IMG/VR virus record: IMGVR_UViG_3300012953_000217
Location: 1 to 24,513 of that record
DNA: 24,513 nucleotides
From: a virus
Lineage: Duplodnaviria; Caudoviricetes
Reading direction: 5' to 3' (one strand)
Shown here one piece after another: positions 1 to 6,195 of this stretch (position 1 is its first letter; every line of letters begins with the position of its first letter). A program made the translations under genes and the position numbers. The notes beneath the pieces are model-generated. The model saw only the letters and a program-made list of their open reading frames with translations, searched no databases and had not been told where the DNA came from.

Positions 1-177
1 AGTTTTTGAGTGAATTCTGACACGTTTTTGCAGTCAAATGCATAACTCTTGTCTATATTACTCTGATATGTAACATTTATTACATTTTTATCACATTTAA
101 CCCCAAAAATAGCTGAACTACTGAGGTTTTCATAAGATTTCACAAACATACACGCAGTGGTTTTTATAAAAATTGAA

Positions 178-283
178 AAAAGTCAAAAAAGGAGTTTTTT
201 AACTTTCTTAAAAAACTTAAAAAGACAAAAAAACGAGTTTTTAAGATTTTATAAAAAGTCAAACTTCTGAGTTTTTGACTTTT
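178..283. repeat. Three degenerate A/T-tract palindromic repeats
   Basis: Units at 178-206, 220-250, 254-283 follow AAAAG(T/A)CAAA...GAGTTTTT..; third is a perfect 10-bp inverted repeat AAAAGTCAAA-N10-TTTGACTTTT. Confidence 0.6.
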
Positions 284-311
284 CTGTCTTTCTGTACTAA
301 TTGTAACATGC

Positions 312-403
312 CACGAAGTGTTTTTGTGGGTTTTTGTGGGTTTCGGGACATAAAGATATCCACACTTGACATCTGATACATAGGAGCCTAAGACCACTTC
401 GTG
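312..403. repeat. 9-bp inverted repeat enclosing a 10-bp tandem repeat
   Basis: CACGAAGTG (312-320) / CACTTCGTG (395-403); TTTTTGTGGG x2 at 321-340. Confidence 0.55.
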
Positions 404-528
404 AGAGCACCTTACCTATATTTAATTAACCTTTTGTAATCATTTACACACACTTCACATGTGTACCTCTAAAACCCTTGGTATCACTAGTGCGGAAGGA
501 TACTATCCTATACACACTTTAGGTACAC

Positions 529-642
529 TTATTCATGGGTCACATAGTCTACCTCAATAGGACTCTCAGGTACATCATCATACCAAAATTCCAACTCATC
601 CTGCTGTTCTTTCATCTCTCTTTTGAAGTCCTCTTCGTTCAT
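529..642 (-). CDS. Small acidic protein (37 aa), absent from ORF track
   Basis: MNEEDFKREMKEQQDELEFWYDDVPESPIEVDYVTHE*; ATG overlaps upstream TGA (ATGA) with AAGAGG upstream. Confidence 0.6.
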   Translation of the reverse strand: MNEEDFKREMKEQQDELEFWYDDVPESPIEVDYVTHE

Positions 643-1070
643 GATTCTGACCTCTTCTTCTTGTCTTGTAACCACCAATAGTTCACATATGCCTTATACT
701 GATGAGACTTTAGTTTATATCTTCTGATGTGATCTTTCATACGTTCTTCACCAAAATGCTCATCAAACCATGCCTTGTTTAATCTATCTGCTATCTCTGG
801 CATTGGTTCAAAATGATATGGAAACTTATGTATGATACCCATGTGTGGGAACATGTCTTTCTTTCGTGATTGTATGATTGTGATTGCTGTACTAGACTTC
901 GCCTTTGATGTCCCTACCTTCGCTCTCTGAGTTGTAGTAGTCTTCAAGGTTGTCTTGTCCCTTGTTGTTTGGGTTCTCTTCTTTGATGATGTCGTTGATT
1001 GCTTTCGTGATCTCTTTGTAGATGTCAATGACTCCACGTTCCTCTTCAGTGCTTTGGTTGTCCTTGGCAT
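639..1070 (-). CDS. Hypothetical protein with K/R/S/T-rich N-terminal tail (143 aa)
   Basis: ATG 3 nt after upstream stop with GGAG upstream; basic low-complexity first 60 aa, globular-looking C-terminal part. Confidence 0.72.
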   Translation of the reverse strand: MPRTTKALKRNVESLTSTKRSRKQSTTSSKKRTQTTRDKTTLKTTTTQRAKVGTSKAKSSTAITIIQSRKKDMFPHMGIIHKFPYHFEPMPEIADRLNKAWFDEHFGEERMKDHIRRYKLKSHQYKAYVNYWWLQDKKKRSES

Positions 1071-1101
1071 TGTTTACTTCTCCACGATTTTCATGTTCCA
1101 T
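892..1101 (-). CDS. Possible overlapping acidic protein (69 aa)
   Basis: Alternate frame fully overlapped by two genes but protein-like (amphipathic VIDIYKEITKAINDIIKEE). Confidence 0.3.
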   Translation of the reverse strand: MEHENRGEVNNAKDNQSTEEERGVIDIYKEITKAINDIIKEENPNNKGQDNLEDYYNSESEGRDIKGEV

Positions 1102-1670
1102 GATATACTTATTCTATCCTCTTTTGTTTTGTTTGTCAACACTCTGTGTATAATGTTAGATGGGAATATAACTGTGATGCCTTCTTCTGGTGGAAACCAT
1201 AGTGAATGTGAGCATTTAGTCTTATCCTTCAGACCATCCTCCAATGTATTTAACATATGGAATTGTGAAAAGTGATTTGGATTCTCTAGTTCTAGGTCAC
1301 CACTCTCTCCTTCTGGTATCTTAACGTAGAATACACCCGCCAGATCACAACCAGGATGCGTATGCCTATCGTTTGATGCACCTGTGGGGTTTACGTTGTA
1401 CCACAGATTCCCTACCTGACATGTCCATCGCTCTCCTAGGAACTGTTCTAGTCCATATGTGTTGACGTTAGAGAATATGTGCTTACCGAACTCATGTGGG
1501 AGTTGCACTGGTGGACTCTGCCATCCTCCGTTGTTACTCTTCAGTGCACTTCGTGTTTTTGATTGTGTATCATAGATGTGTTCTATCAATGCATCACGAA
1601 ACTTATCGTAATACACCAAGTCAAGAGTAATGATGGGTGTAGGGAATGCACATAAGCAATTAACACCCAT
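1074..1670 (-). CDS. Putative 2OG-Fe(II) oxygenase (TIGR02466-like)
   Basis: FPTPI N-terminus, SN.GGWQS, WYNVN..G..N..HTHP...LAGVFYV, P.EG..VIFPS...H.V, RISISWN; GAGGAGG 7 nt before ATG 1670 (GTG 1673 alternative). Confidence 0.9.
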   Translation of the reverse strand: MGVNCLCAFPTPIITLDLVYYDKFRDALIEHIYDTQSKTRSALKSNNGGWQSPPVQLPHEFGKHIFSNVNTYGLEQFLGERWTCQVGNLWYNVNPTGASNDRHTHPGCDLAGVFYVKIPEGESGDLELENPNHFSQFHMLNTLEDGLKDKTKCSHSLWFPPEEGITVIFPSNIIHRVLTNKTKEDRISISWNMKIVEK

Positions 1671-1827
1671 CACATAACCTCCTCATCTCATTGATGTTAT
1701 GCAGTATAACCTCTGCTTTTGCTTCATCTCCGCTGTTCTGTGCGTTGATATAGTCCATGATGAGTGCCCTCAGACTCTCATCAACCTTCTGTGAGTTTGA
1801 GGTATGCTCGTCTGAGTTCTGATTCAT
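1660..1827 (-). CDS. Hypothetical helical protein (about 55 aa)
   Basis: ATG 1827 more plausible than 1908 (shorter overlap); helical hairpin-like SLRALIMDYINAQ...AEVILHNINEMRRL. Confidence 0.62.
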   Translation of the reverse strand: MNQNSDEHTSNSQKVDESLRALIMDYINAQNSGDEAKAEVILHNINEMRRLCDGC

Positions 1828-2011
1828 GTGAGTAAACTGTCTGTTCCTTGTCTGCCATGTCGGGATGTAACCACTCAAAGAATTCATCCGCAAGTGCCAT
1901 AGCATCATTGATACGCTCCTCCGACATCAACTGTCTAAACCTGTCAATGATAGTATCACATTGATTATCTCTGATCTCGGATAATCTAGCAACTTCTTGT
2001 TCTTTGTTCAT
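1781..2011 (-). CDS. Hypothetical helical protein (76 aa)
   Basis: ATGA coupling with upstream gene; helical acidic composition. Confidence 0.78.
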   Translation of the reverse strand: MNKEQEVARLSEIRDNQCDTIIDRFRQLMSEERINDAMALADEFFEWLHPDMADKEQTVYSHESELRRAYLKLTEG

Positions 2012-2262
2012 TTTTTGAATAGTGTAAGTTTGTTTGATAGGTGGTCATAACTTATAAAATCAACGTCTTTCGGAATCATACGATTAAGGGCACCCGCAAA
2101 GTCGTTCGGAAACTTCTTATACACTCGCCAGTATCTCTGCATTCCATCATCATCTAGTGTAGGATTAGGACTAATCCTCATTGTGTACAGACCACGAGAG
2201 TAATGATTAGGTAATGGTTTAATCAAACTCTGTATGTAGTCTGTTAGTACGTTTTGTTTCAT
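2008..2262 (-). CDS. Hypothetical cyanophage protein (84 aa)
   Basis: First ORF after the promoter; ATGA overlap with next gene. Confidence 0.78.
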   Translation of the reverse strand: MKQNVLTDYIQSLIKPLPNHYSRGLYTMRISPNPTLDDDGMQRYWRVYKKFPNDFAGALNRMIPKDVDFISYDHLSNKLTLFKK

Positions 2263-2284
2263 GTCAGGTAAGAGACTTAGAATT

Positions 2285-2313
2285 ATTGTACATCATAATT
2301 TATATGATGTCAA
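2285..2313 (-). promoter_or_regulatory. Near-consensus sigma70 promoter with internal inverted repeat
   Basis: TTGACA (2313-2308), 17-nt spacer, TACAAT (2290-2285); ACATCATA-N5-TATGATGT at 2290-2310. Confidence 0.82.
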
Positions 2314-2322
2314 GTGGGTGGA

Positions 2323-2778
2323 TTACCTCATGTAGAGGTAACCTCCTGCCCATCCTACGTTTTTGTAATCAAATAAGAACTCTCTATCCTTTCTCTCTAA
2401 TAGATTGTAACGTACGTGCTTTGCTGGTTTTGCCCATCCTGCTGGTTTATACACATCACCTGTCTCTCTATCAATAAATGCATGTACTGAACCATCTCTG
2501 TACTCATATGATGGATTAGGACCCATGTCATCATACTGTTGGTTGATGATCTTAAGATACTTACGTCCTTTCTGTACAACAAACTTGTATAGGTTAGCAG
2601 TACCGTTCTCAATCTCCTCTATTCTCTTTGCTGCATAGATGCTGTACTGTTCCATCTGCATTCTTCTGTATGTATCAAGAGAATCTTGCTTGAAGTTCTC
2701 CTCTAGTGTATCACATAGTGTCTGTGCATGTGCTTCTACTTCTGCTCTTGCTTGAATGAATAGTGCTGTGTTTGTCAT
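2323..2778 (-). CDS. Conserved T4-like cyanophage hypothetical protein (151 aa)
   Basis: True start likely ATG 2778 (AAAGGAG upstream; the track's GTG 2850 lies upstream of the promoter). Motifs GRKYLKI, SVHAFID..TG.VYKPA.W..PAKHVRYNL, GGYLY are ones I recognise from cyanomyovirus hypothetical proteins. Confidence 0.85.
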   Translation of the reverse strand: MTNTALFIQARAEVEAHAQTLCDTLEENFKQDSLDTYRRMQMEQYSIYAAKRIEEIENGTANLYKFVVQKGRKYLKIINQQYDDMGPNPSYEYRDGSVHAFIDRETGDVYKPAGWAKPAKHVRYNLLERKDREFLFDYKNVGWAGGYLYMR

Positions 2779-2805
2779 GAGTGGTGCTCCTTTGTGTATA
2801 TACTT

Positions 2806-2869
2806 ATTATAGTCTGTAAATATAGGATTTGTCTGCCACTCTTGTGACACTAATTTGACTGTCTACTCT
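2806..2869 (-). promoter_or_regulatory. Promoter with TATAAT, no canonical -35, and second copy of the upstream palindromic motif
   Basis: TATAAT at 2811-2806; motif ttgtgacactaatttgactgtctactct at 2842-2869; followed by AAAGGAG and ATG 2778. Confidence 0.7.
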
Positions 2870-3035
2870 CTTTCATTCTATGTAGTTTACTGTATATCTT
2901 TCTATTCATTGTCTCATCAGCATAACTATACTCTCTAGTATCTTCCATCATTAAATCCATTAGATGAGTGAGTTCCGTGTCTGATAGTATAGACATATCA
3001 ATAGTGGTCTCGTCAGGTGTGATTACAACTTCCAT
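2850..3035 (-). CDS. Hypothetical protein (61 aa)
   Basis: ATG 1 nt after the previous stop with GGAG upstream; fills gap to next promoter. Confidence 0.7.
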   Translation of the reverse strand: MEVVITPDETTIDMSILSDTELTHLMDLMMEDTREYSYADETMNRKIYSKLHRMKESRQSN

Positions 3036-3036
3036 G

Positions 3037-3288
3037 TTAAACTGTCTCCAATTGATTTTTTACTTGATTTTGTACTAGGTGTCTATGTATGTCAAATAGT
3101 TTGCCTAGGTCAACTATCTCCTCTAGTTCTGTCCACTCAGATACATAATCCCACTGATCGTAGTCTGTATCTCCATTATTAAATGTAGGAGCAGAGCATA
3201 AATCACCTTGCTTATCTAACCAGAATGTTCTACCAAAGTCTTCTGATTGTAATGTCTCAAACATTTGCTCATATAAGTTTGGTTTCAT
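3037..3288 (-). CDS. Hypothetical acidic protein (83 aa)
   Basis: First ORF after promoter and hairpin; ends 1 nt before next start. Confidence 0.78.
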   Translation of the reverse strand: MKPNLYEQMFETLQSEDFGRTFWLDKQGDLCSAPTFNNGDTDYDQWDYVSEWTELEEIVDLGKLFDIHRHLVQNQVKNQLETV

Positions 3289-3309
3289 GGCACATAATGT
3301 AATAGGTGG

Positions 3310-3392
3310 AGGAAAACAAAACGCAACTGCTTAAGTTCAAATTAAATACGAATGAACGCAACCTTGAAAGTCTTATGTTGGTTTGTTTTCCT
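3310..3392 (-). ncRNA. Candidate structured small RNA or 5' leader (83-nt long hairpin)
   Basis: Perfect 11-bp terminal stem AGGAAAACAAA/TTTGTTTTCCT plus inner stems CAAC/GTTG, TAAG/CTTA, TTCAA/TTGAA, TGCG/CGTA; first base lies 7 nt after TATAAT; intergenic. Confidence 0.55.
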
Positions 3393-3398
3393 ATTACT

Positions 3399-3459
3399 AT
3401 TATACACACAAAAATACCCATGTGGGGGGAATTGTTACAGTTTCTTAACTGTCCACTCT
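3399..3459 (-). promoter_or_regulatory. Promoter with TATAAT, no canonical -35, and upstream palindrome ACAGTT-N4-AACTGT
   Basis: TATAAT at 3404-3399; palindrome at 3437-3452; similar element at 2842-2869. Confidence 0.7.
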
Positions 3460-3460
3460 A

Positions 3461-3796
3461 TCAATACGGATTTGATCTACTATTACGCTCTGGTTCTGGT
3501 CTACTAGGGTCAAATTTCTTGTTATTCCGTCTATGATCATTTGATAGAGCATCACTGGTACGGTGTAGTACTGGATGTTCTAACTCTTTTTCCGTAAGAT
3601 GTGTTCGTACCTTGGGTAAGTCCTGCGGATATATACACATTGCTACTTGATGCCTTCCCCATCTACTGTTCATTGATTTGGGTAAAGGATTATCCATGAA
3701 TGTCATGGTGACATACTCTTCACATACAAAATTGATGTAACCAACAACACCATCACATACTATTGGTTGAAGTAATTGTAAATCACTTAGTTTCAT
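3461..3796 (-). CDS. Hypothetical cyanophage protein (111 aa)
   Basis: ATG start overlapping previous gene end; beta-rich N-terminal part, charged tail. Confidence 0.75.
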   Translation of the reverse strand: MKLSDLQLLQPIVCDGVVGYINFVCEEYVTMTFMDNPLPKSMNSRWGRHQVAMCIYPQDLPKVRTHLTEKELEHPVLHRTSDALSNDHRRNNKKFDPSRPEPERNSRSNPY

Positions 3797-4019
3797 TTTC
3801 TATGAATTGTTTCTTTTCATAGTCATATCTAGGGTGTGGATTAGCAGGAACCCATGGTTTCTTTGATTCATTAGCAATGACGATAAATCTATCAGCAGCA
3901 AATGTCCCTGCTAGACTAATCTTGATGTCATCACCATCTATCCAATTTGTTGTACCATCCTTCTTGGTATGGTTCATCAACTCTTGGATCTCATCAATCA
4001 TTGCTTGTGTCAGAATCAT
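3783..4019 (-). CDS. Hypothetical cyanophage protein (about 78 aa)
   Basis: ATG at 4019 (track extends to 4028); overlaps both neighbours in the gene chain. Confidence 0.72.
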   Translation of the reverse strand: MILTQAMIDEIQELMNHTKKDGTTNWIDGDDIKISLAGTFAADRFIVIANESKKPWVPANPHPRYDYEKKQFIENETK

Positions 4020-4209
4020 CAGTATCAAATGGTTTACGGTTTTTGTTTTCTGGTTTAGGTAATCTAAACATCTCTTTCAAATCATTTAGATCTGTAAGTT
4101 GTTTCTGTATATTATCTATTTGGTGTTGTAGGATCTGAAAATTCTGATCGTTGTTGTTCTGCATCATCAGCATATTCTGGATTGCCGATTTGAATTCTTC
4201 TTCTTTCAT
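3994..4209 (-). CDS. Hypothetical coiled-coil protein (71 aa)
   Basis: Heptad pattern FQILQHQIDNIQKQLTDLNDL; fits the minus-strand gene chain. Confidence 0.75.
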   Translation of the reverse strand: MKEEEFKSAIQNMLMMQNNNDQNFQILQHQIDNIQKQLTDLNDLKEMFRLPKPENKNRKPFDTDDSDTSND

Positions 4210-4363
4210 CTGCGTTAATTAGTGATAATTGACGTTGTAGTTCATATTCTACAACAATAAGGTGATCTTGTAAATACTTTTCAAACTGATTGTCTTTAAT
4301 AAGAGTTTGTACATCATTGATATGTACGAGTGCTGAGAGCATTCTCTCCTTCTCTGTTTTCAT
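4112..4363 (-). CDS. Hypothetical helical protein (83 aa)
   Basis: ATG coupled to upstream TAA; helical N-terminal 50 aa; 3' end overlaps the next gene by 98 nt. Confidence 0.72.
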   Translation of the reverse strand: MKTEKERMLSALVHINDVQTLIKDNQFEKYLQDHLIVVEYELQRQLSLINADERRRIQIGNPEYADDAEQQRSEFSDPTTPNR

Positions 4364-4680
4364 TAGTATCTATTTGGTATAGTATCACGCATGAACTGCA
4401 TTGTTTTGTCGTGTGGTGTGACATACTTTGCTTCCATGAGTTTCTCACTCTCTATTATATCAGATTCATCAGCATTTGTGTGATGTGTGACTTCTTTGAG
4501 GGTTTTAAGATATTCAAGTACATGCTTTCGTATCTCTAACAATTCATCATAACAACCTTGATTGTGTGCACAACCACGTAGATCATGATCGGGTTTCATT
4601 ACTGACTCTGTGAATAGAGACAGTGCTCTATCATATTTGATAGAAGAAGACTCTTTTCCTATTGATGCTTGGTCCTTCAT
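4363..4680 (-). CDS. Hypothetical cyanophage protein (105 aa)
   Basis: Clean ORF, A-rich leader containing TAAATA (possible late promoter core), stop coupled to next ATG. Confidence 0.8.
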   Translation of the reverse strand: MKDQASIGKESSSIKYDRALSLFTESVMKPDHDLRGCAHNQGCYDELLEIRKHVLEYLKTLKEVTHHTNADESDIIESEKLMEAKYVTPHDKTMQFMRDTIPNRY

Positions 4681-4693
4681 GGTTTTTTACTAT

Positions 4694-5272
4694 TTAATTA
4701 AGAATTGTGAGAGGTGATCTCTCATAATGAGATATGACATCAAATGAAACTATTATTCTATTTGTTGTACATATATCAGCACAGTGTTGCATGAACGATG
4801 GAAATATCATAACATGTCCCTCTGTGACATCATCCATAACCTTTAACTGATTCATGTAACCAGTGTTTGGTGATCCACCATACTGTGAATAGAATGTAGT
4901 TGTGTTTGGTTCCTCTAAATGTAATAGATATATGCCAGACCAATCTGCTCTCTCGTGCTTATGAACCTTGGTTCGTCCACCAGATGTATAATTGTTCCAC
5001 CATAGTGCATCTAAGTTATATCCCTGTGGTTTAGAGATATTCTTTTCTTCATGCAATTGTTCTAGAGGTTTCCATATTATATCCTCTAGCATGTCATTTG
5101 TAAAGTAACTATACTTTTGATGATAATATGTTGTGGTTGACCCATCTACTGTCACAGTTGATGTATCATTCTTTGATATTGTTTTTATAATAGGTACTAT
5201 GGTATCTTTAATCTGTTTATGATTAATAACCTTAGTCCAAAATATAAATGGAGCATCAAACTCATGTATCAT
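4694..5272 (-). CDS. Putative 2OG-Fe(II) oxygenase (TIGR02466-like)
   Basis: W.N.Y..GG....HKH....WSGIY.L ... EG.VMIFPSF.QH ... RIIVSFD: HxH...H metal triad and RxxxS 2-oxoglutarate motif. Confidence 0.85.
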   Translation of the reverse strand: MIHEFDAPFIFWTKVINHKQIKDTIVPIIKTISKNDTSTVTVDGSTTTYYHQKYSYFTNDMLEDIIWKPLEQLHEEKNISKPQGYNLDALWWNNYTSGGRTKVHKHERADWSGIYLLHLEEPNTTTFYSQYGGSPNTGYMNQLKVMDDVTEGHVMIFPSFMQHCADICTTNRIIVSFDVISHYERSPLTILN

Positions 5273-5556
5273 TGTATAATGGTCATGCCATAATCTTCTG
5301 GAGTTGGAACTGGCATATAATATCCACCTCTGTCAGGTATTACAGGAGTGCCAGTTCTAGGTTTTATTGGTGTGGTTATAATATCAATAGTTTCATCAAA
5401 CCATCTGTTCATTGATCTTGCCATCACACGATATGATGTACCCACATATAGTTGTCCACTTACAACAGCAACTGTTGCTGCACCCCAGAACATATAATAA
5501 AATCTAGATTTCATTTGTGCTCTGATCTTCTCACGTTTTCTCATTAATTTAGTCAT
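5269..5556 (-). CDS. Hypothetical single-pass membrane protein (about 95 aa)
   Basis: Basic N-terminus then hydrophobic FYYMFWGAATVAVVSGQLYVG; ATG 5556 preferred over 5574 because of upstream GGAG/GAGG and overlap with the previous stop; ends in ATGA overlap. Confidence 0.72.
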   Translation of the reverse strand: MTKLMRKREKIRAQMKSRFYYMFWGAATVAVVSGQLYVGTSYRVMARSMNRWFDETIDIITTPIKPRTGTPVIPDRGGYYMPVPTPEDYGMTIIQ

Positions 5557-5800
5557 CTTCCTCAACTCCATCAATTGTTATAAAATCACACACTGGTACT
5601 TCAACTGGATTACCATCGTTTTCCAACCAATACCAATGCATCATTTGTCCATGAAACTCAGGATGTCCTTGATATTGTGTGGTATATTCACGTTGCCCTA
5701 GATACTTTAAATTTGGAATATTGTGCTCTCGCAACATTGCTTGCATTTGCAAGTGCAACAACTCGTGTTTCTGGGGAATGTTCAATATATGATTGTGCAA
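5549..5800 (-). CDS. Hypothetical cyanophage protein (about 78-83 aa; start uncertain)
   Basis: ORF directly downstream of the promoter; TTG starts at 5800 or 5785; stop overlaps next start region. Confidence 0.7.
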   Translation of the reverse strand: MHNHILNIPQKHELLHLQMQAMLREHNIPNLKYLGQREYTTQYQGHPEFHGQMMHWYWLENDGNPVEVPVCDFITIDGVEEDD

Positions 5801-5808
5801 CTGCTGTT

Positions 5809-5836
5809 ATTATATCATATATTGTTTAATTGTCAA
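5809..5836 (-). promoter_or_regulatory. Sigma70-type promoter heading the small-gene cluster
   Basis: Minus strand TTGACA (5836-5831), 16-nt spacer ending TGA (extended -10 TGn), TATAAT (5814-5809). Confidence 0.8.
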
Positions 5837-6195
5837 CCTGGTGGTGTAGGATCTGCGTTCTCGTATGGTATTGTACCATCTGGTTTTATGACGTATGCTC
5901 TTATGTAATGATCTGCGTCTGGTAAATTCTGTGGTTGTGGGAACCAATCAAAACAAATATCTGTTGCTTGTAGTTCTGTCACAAAATAATAATATATGTC
6001 TTCTAACTCAAATATCCTGTCAATCTCTGCTTCTGGTAGTATATCTGTATAATATGCAAGTACAGTTGCTTTCTTATCTGCTGATAATGTATTATATTTG
6101 CTGTTATCAATCACTACAACAAATTTGTCAGTTGCCTTTGCATAATCAGCAACTAACATTTCTTTAGATTTTGGATTTAATGATATTAGTGGCAT
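5833..6195 (-). CDS. Hypothetical protein (120 aa), last gene of the tail module
   Basis: ATG overlaps the upstream TAA (TAATG); normal composition; no recognised motif. Confidence 0.8.
   Translation of the reverse strand: MPLISLNPKSKEMLVADYAKATDKFVVVIDNSKYNTLSADKKATVLAYYTDILPEAEIDRIFELEDIYYYFVTELQATDICFDWFPQPQNLPDADHYIRAYVIKPDGTIPYENADPTPPG

Noticed and set aside
164-397. 77-aa minus-strand ORF rich in K/F/L
   Set aside because: Composition simply reflects A/T tracts and repeats; GTG start, no ribosome site.
2779-2850. 24-codon N-terminal extension of the 175-aa ORF in the track
   Set aside because: Covers the promoter and ribosome site; ATG 2778 with AAAGGAG is the better start.
3306-3536. 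76-aa plus-strand ORF across the hairpin and promoter
   Set aside because: Opposes gene flow, overlaps promoter elements and the end of a real gene; better explained as regulatory/RNA sequence.
4112-4209. 98-nt overlap between two genes as a frameshift or dual-coding signal
   Set aside because: The overlapping tail of the upstream gene looks like an unstructured run-on extension; no slippery sequence seen.
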